A stretch of DNA of 64,000 nt from Takakia lepidozioides (lineage: Eukaryota; Plantae; Bryophyta), in NCBI GenBank assembly GCA_030704615.1, contig CM060731.1, positions 93,062,001-93,126,000 of the forward strand, read 5' to 3'. This document shows, piece after piece, positions 13,712 to 24,685 of this stretch. A program made the translations under genes and the position numbers. The notes under the pieces are model-generated. The model had not been told where the DNA came from. It saw only the letters and a program-made list of their open reading frames with translations, and searched no databases. The first letter of the stretch is position 1. Each line of letters opens with the position of its first letter.

Positions 13712-13790
13712 CACTAGAAGAGAAACCGGCTTTTTCCACGGATATGCTACCTGGCACAATCCACGGCTTTTATCACGGGTCTGTAGAGTG
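13712..13790 (+). mobile_element. Putative CACTA/EnSpm transposon terminus
   Basis: CACTAGAAGAGAAACCGG starts exactly where the C-rich ORF2-like sequence changes composition, followed by (C/T)CACGG subterminal repeats. No matching opposite end found. Confidence 0.45.
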
Positions 13791-14807
13791 AGCCAAGGTG
13801 TGGTTCAAAATATGCCCTAACTGTGTGGTGTCTCACATGTGATCCACACCCGAGGCAAGAACGGTGTGAAAACAGCCATGAGCGTGGCGGGAGTTGGCTT
13901 AGTTTACATGGCATGTTACACACATGTGTGAAATGGGACCATAGAATTTCCACATTGTGGTGTATGGGGAGTTTGAAAATGATGCCCTTGGAAAATGATC
14001 ATGAGCTTCATGTTCATGTTTAGAAATCTGCACGATGGGCTACTAGCAAGTGAAGAATCACCCCCTGCTACACCCCATTTTCAATCTCTACATTATGAAG
14101 TCTATAATGCCCTTGGTGAAATGAGCATAGGGATCGCATTCAAAGGTGGCCCCGTTCCATTGCAACCTATGACACAACTAGGACAAACAGGCATAGGCAT
14201 GATTTACATTTTTTGCCACAAATCACTTGCATCATCCTTACGTTGAACTCCTTGTTTATGTGACATGCTTGGACTTTGTCATCTCACACATCAAAGAAAA
14301 AACCAGAATATTTCGAAAAAATCCATAGAATTTTAACAAGAGACCAAAAAGGAAACCCAGGTCTAGGTGGGTAGCATGGTGAGTCTCTATACAAGGTGAT
14401 TTATTTTAAATTATAAGTGGTTTCAACAACTTCATTAGCAACTCCACAATTATATTTTAAATTCATGTAAATTGAAATATATAAATCAGTATTAGATAGA
14501 AATAGTTGTTTTAACTACTCATTTCATGACTATGAACCTTACCCATTAGATAAATTAACCAGGGCCTTTGTACCTTGTTATATATATATGTTTTGCACCC
14601 TAACATATATAGATATAGCTAAAAATACCTTCACATAATTACATGGACCATATAATTATTTTATATAATGTTAGGGTGCAAAACGTTCAAAAACTTCAAA
14701 AGTTGCCTCAAATTTAGGGCTGCTAGGTCGTGGTGTGCAGGGCTAGGACTTAGCGTTTTTTGGGGTCCGGTCTTCTTAGTGCCAAGCATCGTGATAGCAG
14801 GAACTCG

Positions 14808-15363
14808 AGGCCAATGTGGTGAGGGCACCTTCTTCTTCGACCTATTTCATTTGCCCTCTCATCAGACTCGGCCCTGAATTTGCAGCACGGAGCAGAGCTG
14901 GCATGAGTTTTACCCTTCACGATGGTGGGACAACAGCCATGAGTTTTCTAAGGATGCGAAGGGTGTGTTCGACGAAATGGCTGCCAAGATGTCGTGTCGG
15001 GGAATGCAATGATCGTAGTGTGGTACGAAGGCTTTGGAGACATATGAGGAAATGATGTTGGACAGGTTGAACCCTAACGCAGGCTGTGTTTCAATCTCTG
15101 CCCGCTCAACTGCACCGTGGTGGTTCTCACTGACCAATCCGACATTGCCAGACTACAGACACAAGTAGCACACACAAGAGGTCCTCTTGGGTTCATGGTC
15201 AGTCAAATCCTCCATGGGTCATGACACAAGGTCGAGGACAATGTGGTGAGGGCACTTTCTTCATCGACCTATTTCAGCCTGTTTTGCCCTCTCATCAGAC
15301 TCGACCCTGAATTTGCAGCACGGAGCAGAGCTGGCATGAGTTTCTTCACGATGGTGGGACAAT
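14808..15363. repeat. Duplicated ~125-bp module (14808-14935 and 15232-15363)
   Basis: Two direct copies of TGTGGTGAGGGCAC...TGAATTTGCAGCACGGAGCAGAGCTGGCATGAG; the core is the reverse complement of the 58.7-59.1 kb tandem unit. Confidence 0.85.
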
Positions 15364-15630
15364 CACAATCGCAAGGTGTGGCTTTCTCTTAATGTAGGAT
15401 ATAAAGAAGTTTGTCCATCCTACAAATGTGGGCTTTTGGCTCCTATTAGTACCATGTTGTACCCGATGTCATTCTGAACACTGCCCTGGGTGCATCGAGG
15501 ATGCAAAGGAAGTGTTCGACAGTATGGCTGAACGAGATGTGGTGTCGTGGAGTGCGATAATTGTAGGATATGCACAGCAAGGGCGCGGATGGAGGCTTTG
15601 GAGACCTATGAGCAATGATGCGGGAAGGGG
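14950..15630 (+). pseudogene. PLS-class PPR gene fragments
   Basis: CIEDAKEVFDSMAERDVVSWSAIIVGYAQQG (~15490-15585) and a frameshifted DAKGVFDEMAA-DVVSGNAMI (~14953-15015). Confidence 0.8.
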
Positions 15631-16894
15631 TGATTCCCTGTGGCTAGACATAGCTGTAATGATAGAGTAAGGCATGAAGCAAGCTTTGGATGGCACAGAC
15701 ATGAGAGCGCAGGTACTAAAAGGTAGTAGGAACTGGGAATATGTCTGCATTACAGAGCGTAACTTTATAGGCAAGAGAAAATGGTCACAAGCTTGTAAGA
15801 CGAGTGCTTCAATCTGTTCTTATACAAGGTTCTCCTCAGTTTCTGATAGTCTGTTTGTTGGCTTTCTGGTTGCAGGGAACCCTTGGGTGTTGATTTCGTG
15901 CTCCATGTCAGCACAATGGCCAAGGTCGGCTTTGTTCATGATGGCCTTCCGGGGCTTTTGGTGGTGGATGGAGAGGACCTGACCAAGTGCTATGCTGTGG
16001 CAGCACCACCAACTCAATCATAGATTTTCAAGCCTGTCTGCAGCCTGTGGATTCCAAGCCCATTATGCTCTACAATCCACTCCCATAACCAAATTCGTCA
16101 AGGACAGATTCAAGCGTTGCTTTCAGATCCTGCGGCAGCATTGCGTGGGCAAGGACATATCTGTTTTTAGTCAACCCTACGAGCCAATGAGGAGCATCGA
16201 GTTGTGCAACTATCTCCAAGTTGTTATGGGCCAGGCCAACCTCGGCGACATTAGCCAGATCTTTGAACGGTATCACACTAACTCTCAGGAAAAAACGCCA
16301 CAAATCTGGGCTTACATTCTCATTGATCAACCCTCTCAAACACCTTTTGGTGGCCATAATTTGATCATCTCAAAGACAACATGTGAACACAAGGGTTGCA
16401 AGCGGGGTGAATCCCTGACGAATGCTGCCAAATTGCTGGAAAAGGTGGGTGTCATCAGGAGGCAGTCTTAAAATTACTTCAAGCTCTATGGTTGATGATG
16501 CTATGGGGCAATGGCAACACGGAATGGCATCTCAGGCCTTCTAATGAGGCCCTTGGGGTGCTGCAGGAAACTCAATCCCTGATACAAAGTGAAGGGATCA
16601 GCATTGATGTTGTATTATTGCATGAACTCTAGCTTCTGCAATCACTGAGGTCTAGCACATTCGGGGGTTGCTATTTCATGAGCGGCATGAGCATGAGCGG
16701 AAAAAAAAAAAGCATGAGCGGACCATTGTGTGTCCACGAAAATAGGGTTAGGAGGCACGGAAATAGGGTCATATCAAGTTGGACTTTGGCACCAGTGGAC
16801 TCGTCATAGCAATGAAATGCAACATTTTATTACAAATTTTGTGGCAAGCCACATCTATACAAGTGTGTCGTAACTGTCATAGCCGGAATGGGCA

Positions 16895-19258
16895 CTACTC
16901 TCCTATACCCTCCGAGGAACTTGCCCCGCCTTCCTCCTCATCCCCCTCATCCCCCCCATCCTCCGAGCTCTGTGATGCATCAGTTCCACTATGCCTCTCA
17001 AAAATTCCGTCCTCTCCTTGGGGGACTATCCACCTCACCTCCTGGGAATCTTCTACCTCTTCTCCCCCACTTTCCTCAGCAGAATCCAAGACAAATCTAC
17101 GAGCCTGGCGGGCTCTAATAGCTGCTGCCTCTTCCCTCATCTTCATTTTCTTGAGGCTTGCCTCGTCTAAAATCTGCTGTACACGACTAGGTTTGGAAGA
17201 CCTCCTAATGGACACCGAAGCAAGCCGGGCAGCATAAGTAGGAAGGACGTAGTCCCTTTCTGGACTAGGCATGAAATCCCCCCTGGCAAAAAAAGGCACG
17301 TTCCTCCTGCCCATGAACTGCGGTGTAGACGTCCCTCCTGCAGTACTGGTATCCTGCAGTAAGAACAAATCCACTTTAAGAATGTCAATACCAGCAGAAG
17401 CAAAAAAGGGTCTTTCAATGAAATAAGAGAGCAAAGGGTGGTGCCTCACAAAATCACGAGGCAACTTACAATGCGACCACTCACTCGTAAACCGGGGGCT
17501 CCTCGGCCTCGATCCCAACTTGTACCTCCCCCTGCTCCTTGTCGGATTCTTCCTCATCCTCCGAGGATGCCTCTTCCTCTTTCGGCAGACGTTCAGCCTC
17601 TGCAAGTTCGAAGTTGTGGAGGGCAGTATCTGGCTCGAAGGCGAAGACATGCCTGTCGGACAACGTCCCTACCCACATTGAAGCACCTGAGGGACAAAGC
17701 GGGCGGTTAGTAGCATGCAATTGCAATTGCAATCGGGCCAGGGGACAAAATGTGCACATGAAGGCTTACCCGTGCCGCATGTGAGGTCAAGAATCCGCCC
17801 TTGGACATCCGAGCACGTCTCCATGAGGGTTTGGATGAAAGCAAGGCTCCGGGTCCGGCTGTACCGCCACGGTTTGCCTGTCTTTGTGTCCTTCGGCATA
17901 CTGGAGTGGGGCACATAGTTGTAGAGGACATCGTAGGTAACAGGGTCCACAGCGGCATCAACAAGACGACCGTCGTTGCGGAACTTGAACGTAGACCCTC
18001 TCTTCACAAAACAATATGCCTCAAACACCAATGTCTGCACATCCAACAAAAGAGGGATCAACTCCAGGGCCTAGTTCAGATACACCACAATATGAAGTGA
18101 ATGCAATAGATTGATAACTTACACTCTGGCCCTCTGTTCGCAACCCTTGCGTATTGATGCAGAACCATTTTTTGAGGAGGACCGGGGTGACACTTTTCGG
18201 TGTCCACCTTGCCACAACATTGTCTGTGGTCTTCCCTCTTGTGGCAAGGACCACCATACATCCACCGTCATCCAGGAGCATCCCCGCCAGCCCAAACCCG
18301 GCTCTCCAGTAGTCCTTAGTAAACCTGTTCCAGGTGGGCACACCATCCAGGCCCTCCAGCAGCTCCCCATCTGGAATATCGAGGAGAATCATATCGCAGG
18401 CTCTCTCCACCTCAACCCCCCCCCCCCCCCCCCCGAGTGCTCTTGCAATCCGTGCTCACAGCCGTGAAGAATTCCATCATGGATTCGAAACCAGGGGTGT
18501 CTTTAGGCTCTGTACTGGGAGCCCTCTTCTTGGCTTTCCCCTTCTGCTCCTCCATAGACTTGTTGTGTGCCACCTTCTTCGCCCTGGCAGCCAGAGCGTC
18601 AAGGAAGCTCTCATTGACACATTGGATGATGGTTGGGGGTTCTAGCTTTGGCCTCTGCGGAAACGTCACCGCCGAATACCGCCGTGTAGGCTCACCCTCA
18701 AATGCCAACTTCTTGGCAGAGCCAGTCTCAGTCCGAACTGACTTGGGAACCCGGACGACCGGTGACTTGGTACCAGCAGTAGCAGTCGTAGGACCTTGCA
18801 CAAAGTTGTCATCGGAGTCACTCCCTTGGGGCCCCTCCTGCGCCTCCTCTGGTGCCCCGGTGGTTTTCTGTTTTTTGGGGGTTACTGTACTCCCCTGTTT
18901 CCGTGTCCTTTTCTTTTGTCATTTATTCTTCTCATTCAATTTCTCTTGAATACCTGCCTGAGCAAGCTCTGCCGCTTTCCTGGACTGGGCAAGCGCTCTC
19001 GCCTCCTTTGAACCCAGCGGAGGCAGCGGAGCCCGTTTTTGTCGAGCCTCAGCATCCAGCTTCAATTGAAACTCGGATGGGTCAAGCGAGCCGGGCGGAA
19101 GGTCCACATACCAAGGGCAGTCACGCAAATGTTCCAGATGCCACTCCTTCACGATAACATCAGTGTACATGGAGTCAGCCCCAGGGTTCCTCCATGCGAG
19201 GAAGAATGGCGGCTCGAAGGACAGATGTCATTTCTCCAAAAGGGAGAACTTGCAGTAC
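16895..19258 (-). pseudogene. Beta-class amino-methyltransferase-like gene, copy A (5'-truncated, intron-containing)
   Basis: Motif IV region CDMILLDIPDG...PTWN...LLDDGG, followed by KPWRYSRTRSLAFIQTLMETCSDVQGRILDLTCGTG|ASMWVGTLSDRHVFAFEPD (motifs X, I, II) across a GT-AG intron. Premature stops and a poly-G frameshift at ~18420. Confidence 0.8.
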
Positions 19259-19336
19259 CTGCATTCAAGAAACACACAGAATGAGGTCCCAGGAACGAGG
19301 TAAATTTTAGGGAATGAAAATGACTAGGCCCGGAAC

Positions 19337-20605
19337 TGGAAAAATGGCACCGAATTTCCAGTTTCGGTGCCAGCCACCCCAGGGACTTGGCCATTTTTGG
19401 GGCCCTCAACTGGAAATTCGGCGCCATTTTCCTAGATCGGGGCCGAAAATGGCTAAGTCCCAGAACTCACTGGGCCCGGAACTGGAAAAACAGGTAAACC
19501 AAAATACTGGTGCAACGGAAATGCGGTACCACATTTCAGTCGACTGTAAAATCAGGCCCATGGTGGAACGGAAATGCGGTATCGCACTAAGGTCGAATGG
19601 GACTAGGAACACACGGGAGAAAATAATAGCGACAACGCATTTTCATCAACTGGGACACTTTGGATAGGCAGGAACGGAAATGCGGTGCTGCATTTCCGTC
19701 CGGTCTCTTTCAATGGAATCCAGTGGACGGAAATACGGCACCGCATTTCCGTCCGAGGTGAACCTTTCTATGTTCAAGAACGGAAATGCGGCTACTCATT
19801 TCCGTCCAACATGCAACGCCTGTAACAGTGGAACGGTAATGCGGCACCACATTTCCGTCCAGGGGAATCATTTCTACTTTCCAGAATGGAAATGCGGCAT
19901 TGCATTTCCGTCCGTGGAATCCTTTCTACTTTGCTGAATGGAAATGGGGCACAGCATGCGCCGCCAAATTTCCGTTCTCATTGTAAATCATGAGACAGTG
20001 CAACTGAAATGTGGCACCGCATTTCCATCCGAGTCGTACCGTCCGACATTCCAGAACGGAAATGCGGCGACGCATTTCCGTTTTGTATCTCAGGCATGGA
20101 GGTGTGGGACGGAAATGTGGCACCGCATTTCCGTCTGGGGGGAACCTTTATACTCTCCAGAACGGAAATGCGGTGCCGCATTTCCGTCCAACAAGTAAGG
20201 TATGTGACAGTGGAACAGAAATGCGGCACAACATTTCCGTTGTGATTGAAAATCATGAAACAATACAAATGAAATGCGGCACCGCATTTCCGTCCGAGTC
20301 ATACATTCGGACTTTCCAGAACGGAAATGCGGCGCCGCATTTCCGTTTTGTATGCCAGGCATGAAACCGCATTTCTTCAATTGTGGCCAGATAATTCTTC
20401 TTCCAATATACTGTGGTTGCACCGCTATGCCAATGTTTGTGAATGATAGACAAATCTGTAAAGAACCTATCATTTCCGTTCGGGATGGTACTTAACGGAA
20501 ATGCGGCGCCGCATTTGCGTTTTCACTCTAACCCATCAGACGCTGGGACGGAAATGCCATGATATGTGAACACGTGGACCCACAGAATTGCGGCACCGCT
20601 TTTTC
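19337..20605. repeat. Phased array of 26-bp palindromes ACGGAAATGCGG-NN-CCGCATTTCCGT with 27-bp variable spacers
   Basis: Unit starts at 19515, 19568, 19674, 19727, 19780, 19833, 19886, 19938, 20003, 20056, 20109, 20162, 20215, 20268, 20321, 20495 and 20548, plus degenerate copies at ~19337, ~19410, ~19620 and ~20583. Confidence 0.95.
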
Positions 20606-20855
20606 ATGTCTGCACTCATGCTGGCTAAAGTGGCAGGAGGCGGCGCGGCCTGACCGTTGGTTAATGATGTTTGTTTTGCGGATGGCAGGCGTACATTTGA
20701 CGATTCGAATTTCGTAATGACGCATAGTCCAGCCTTTCGAACCCAAGCAGTGCATCATTACCGTTTCATCTTCATTTGTCGTGTCTACTCATTCACCACT
20801 CTCGCGCCTTTTTCATCTGCACTCTTCACCCCTTTTCCGCGTCTGTTTTCTTCTT

Positions 20856-23800
20856 ATGCTCCAACATGAGAGGGAGGAAGTTCCTGCACCAGAGAAAAGA
20901 CATCGTCGCAAGCTCCGCAAGTTGTACTTCGGGCGAAGGCCAATGCCGAAGGGGAGGAAGCAGATGCGTCTTAAGGAGGAGATGGTCATCTTGCAGCAGC
21001 AGGCAACGCAGGCAACCCAGCCATCAGTGAGAGCTCTATGCTATCGGGATGCGCGCAGCTGATCGAGAACCGAAACCCTCCCTCATTTTTGTTGTGCTAT
21101 TCTTAGACTTGAATGCAGAAGATGTTTGCATGCCTAACTCAAAAGGTGGAGGTGGTGGAGGGATCGCAGGAATCTGAAGAGCCGTAGGAAGAATCCGTGG
21201 AACTAGCTGCAGCACGCACACCCAGCCGATCCACGAGCACGGGTCTCCCTGCCAGGCCTAGCCCTGTGCGTTTCAAGGACGCGGTTTGGAAAGGCAAGGC
21301 TTTGCAGTTCCAAGCCCCAGAGAAACAGCCGCATTTGAAGGTCATGGAGAATTGCCAGCAGGAGTCGCGCCCTTCTCCAGCAAAGACAAAGAAGAAGCAG
21401 CCCGTCCTTGAACTGGTTTCTGAACCGAGCCAGGCCGTTTCCTCCCCCCCCAAGAGAATAAAGCAGAAGGGTGCAGTGCAGATTCAAATGCAGGAGACGC
21501 CTTCACCTGTAAGAATGAAGAAGCAGAAGGCAAATAGGGGGAGGTTGGAGCAGTCTCCCACAAAACCGATTCCACAAGCTGAAGCCCAGTTCCTGCTTGA
21601 TTTCCAGCCAGGTGATGTTCTTTGCTGCAGCGAAGGCAACGGGATTGACCGATTTCGTGGATCTGTCAGCGAAGGAGGGTGCTGCAACTCAACGTTCGCA
21701 GCAGTACTTCACCACCTTTCAGGAAGAACTTTAGAATGTTGCAGGCCCGGAGGAGGCCTCTGCAATTCGAGAATTGTCCGCAAAGACTCCCCAGACTTCA
21801 GCTGTTGTTGGGGATGCTCTAGCTGCTCAGCCCCTACCGCCACCTGCAGAAATGTCTCCGGAGGAATTCCAAAGTGCAGCGGATACAATGTTGGAGGAGA
21901 CACACAGTAGCATTGGCAGAGTTCTGGGCAGCAGGGTATTCCAACGGACTCTTCGAATTCCACTCTGTCGCATGGTCTCCCTTCCCATCATCAGGCAGGC
22001 TCTTCCAAGAGATGTGGATAAGCTCAAGTTTGCATTTCGAGAAGGGTACCGCCTAGGTTCGCCAGCCTTCTACGTTTCCATTGAGAATGAGGACGGCGAA
22101 ACTCGTGGATCCACTGCGGATGAATTGTCAGCATGGGATACCCACTGGCACACTCGCAACAACAAATTTGAGACAATGCTGAAGGGTGATCCAGACTTCG
22201 GCCACATGTCGGGCAAAATGTTTTTTGTGTGGGACGGGAATCACCGACTTCTTGTCTGGTGGGAGTACATCAAGCAGAACCATTCCAAGCACATTGGCTG
22301 GCATTACATGGTGGAGTGTGTAATCCTCAAGGTGAAGGCGGCAGACTCCTCCCTGCTCAAGAATGCCATGGCGGACCTCAACTCGTAAGATTCTCATACC
22401 CTCCCAAGCACATCTGAAATGCGGTGCCGCATTTCGGCTTCCAATCAGTTTTGTTTCCGTGCTTCATTGGACTGAACTGGAGAGTGTGCCTTGCAGGGTC
22501 ACTAAAAATGCTTACGTGCATACCCACATGGCACATATGCTATACAGGGTGAGGAAAACTGGTCTCACTGACCCGCACATGTTCGCCGAAATGCTGGAGC
22601 CCGAGCTCATTCAAAAAGCCCTGGCAAAAACAGACCGGACATGGTATCGCCTCACTATGGATGGAATGGTGGAGGTGATATACGAAGTAAGTCGTCCTCC
22701 CATTTTCCTCTGCTCATCCTTCCCCAATTTCTAGTCATCTTTCCACATGGATCCTATGTAATGCTTCTGCATGTTTTTCTTGGCAGTCAAACATCAAGCT
22801 GGATTTGGCCCATGCCAAACGCTTCTTCATGGAAAGTGAGGGGCAGACAAAAACATTGCAGTCATTGACCGAGCACTTGAAGGAAGCCGGGGTGAAGTCC
22901 AGAACCAAATACAAGTCAAAGCTTGTGAAGCTGGTGGCCATTGCAGATCTGGCTCTTGGAAAGGACTTCATCCCCGAGATTGCAAAACATTATTGTCGGA
23001 AAAGACCACATGGTCCTTATACTTTCCGATGCATTCCAGATCGACAGCCACCGTGTCTGCCATTTCCGATCCAATGTCAAGAGCAGGAAGAAGAGTGGCT
23101 ATTGCTAGGAAGGAACTTCAGTGCATTGAAACCTCACCTTCTCTTTCGCCTCCACACATGCCGTTGAGAGGTGATGCAGTTTCTCCAACTACATGGTCAG
23201 CTGCATGACGAATGCGAAGGAGCAAGTCGTAATGCATAGTGATTCGTTTGGCTTCTACGTCAAATGGGATGGAACACAGACATTGGAAGACTACGTGACA
23301 CGTTTCAGATGTGCGTACAAGGACAACCTGCTCGCCAGGGAGCTGCAGACAGCAAGAAGGAGCGTGGAGTTTACACACTAGGAGGGGGCGGGAAAAGCTG
23401 CAATGCGAATTGTGTACAGGTGAAGCCCAGCTCCCATTGTATGCAAAAGCTGGGTTATGAGGTTTGTCTGGGAAATGCGGCACCGCATTCGCACATTATC
23501 GTTTCAGTTGCACTCTGCGAGTACATTCTCATAACTTGTGCTCACGCATGTTGACTGTCTTGCAGGTATATGAAATACGTGCTACTTAAGACAGGGGCCC
23601 TGGCGCAAGAGCCCCCGTTTTTCATGGCTTGGACCGTGCTGGGACCAAGCTATGTCTACCTACCAGAGATGCAGAAACAATGGCATGTCGCGCATCTCGT
23701 TGGATGCCCGTGGTACCTGGACATGTCTAGCGGATTTTTTGACGAATCGGAGAAAGATCTGCACGCGAAAGCGGAGGAGAAGAGAAAGGAAAGACGTGTC

Positions 23801-24685
23801 CCTGCTGGGCCTGAGTCGGCAAAGGACGTTGCTGCTCTGGAACAATCCAGAAAGGCAGCTGAGATGGCACAGAAGACGGTGGATGCAGCTGTGCAGGCTC
23901 AACAGAAGGGGTCGAAGAAGAGGACTCGCCAGCAAGGAGCAGCAGTTGTGACACCCAAGAAGACGAAGAAGCAGAAATAGAAAGAGCAGGAAGAGGGTGA
24001 CGAAGAGGACGACGATGGAGACTTTGCAACCAGCCCACCCCCCGAAACGCAGCCAAAATCCCCTGTGCCCACCGTTGTCACGAGAGGGACGAGAACAGGC
24101 TCAGCTAAGAAGGCACTCTTCAACCCCCCAGGGGGGCGCCCTTTCGAGCCGGTGGAAATGAAGAGGCCAAAAGTGGAGCTAGAAACAGTAGTTCAGTGTG
24201 TCAATGAGAGTTTCTTGGCGGCTTTGGACGGACGGGCAGCCAAGTTGGCATACAGCAAGACCATGGAGGGTCTGAAGGGCAGAGCACTAAAGAAGGCGGC
24301 TGAAGCAGAGCCTTCCGACACCCCTGGGTTTCTGAAGATGGTCTCCTTCTTTGAGAAGGTGTGTGCAGGGAAGGATTGCAGGAGGTGCGGAAAAGCCATC
24401 GAGTGGTCTTGCGATATGATCATCTTGGATATTCCGGATGGAGAGCCTGTGGAAGGACTGCAAGGTTTGCCATCTTGGAATAGGTACTCCGAGGACTTTT
24501 GGAAAAAAGGATTCGGGCTCGCCCGCATGGTGTTGGATGACAGAGGTTGTGTGGTTGTCCTGGCGAGCAGAGGCAAAAACACGGAGACGGGAAATGCGAA
24601 GTGGACCTGCAAGAGCGCCATCCCAATTCTGAAGAAGAAGTGGACGTGCATCAACACATTGGGCCTTCGGTCGGAAGGGAAGAAG
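20856..24685 (+). pseudogene. ParB/Srx-like domain + methyltransferase-like gene, copy B (3'-truncated, multi-exon)
   Basis: FFVWDGNHRLLVW (22233-22247); GT-AG introns (e.g. 22385-22496, 22687-22787); CPWYLD and CDMIILDIPDG...PSWN blocks homologous to copy A; four in-frame TAG stops; homology ends at the donor site at 24686. Start codon uncertain. Confidence 0.78.

Noticed and set aside
19515-20346. True CRISPR array
   Set aside because: Eukaryotic intron-containing context, no cas genes, degenerate repeats, and spacers related to each other by duplication rather than independently acquired.
19680-20495. Overlapping ORFs across the palindrome array
   Set aside because: Repetitive peptides on both strands arise from the dyad repeat; no coding signal.
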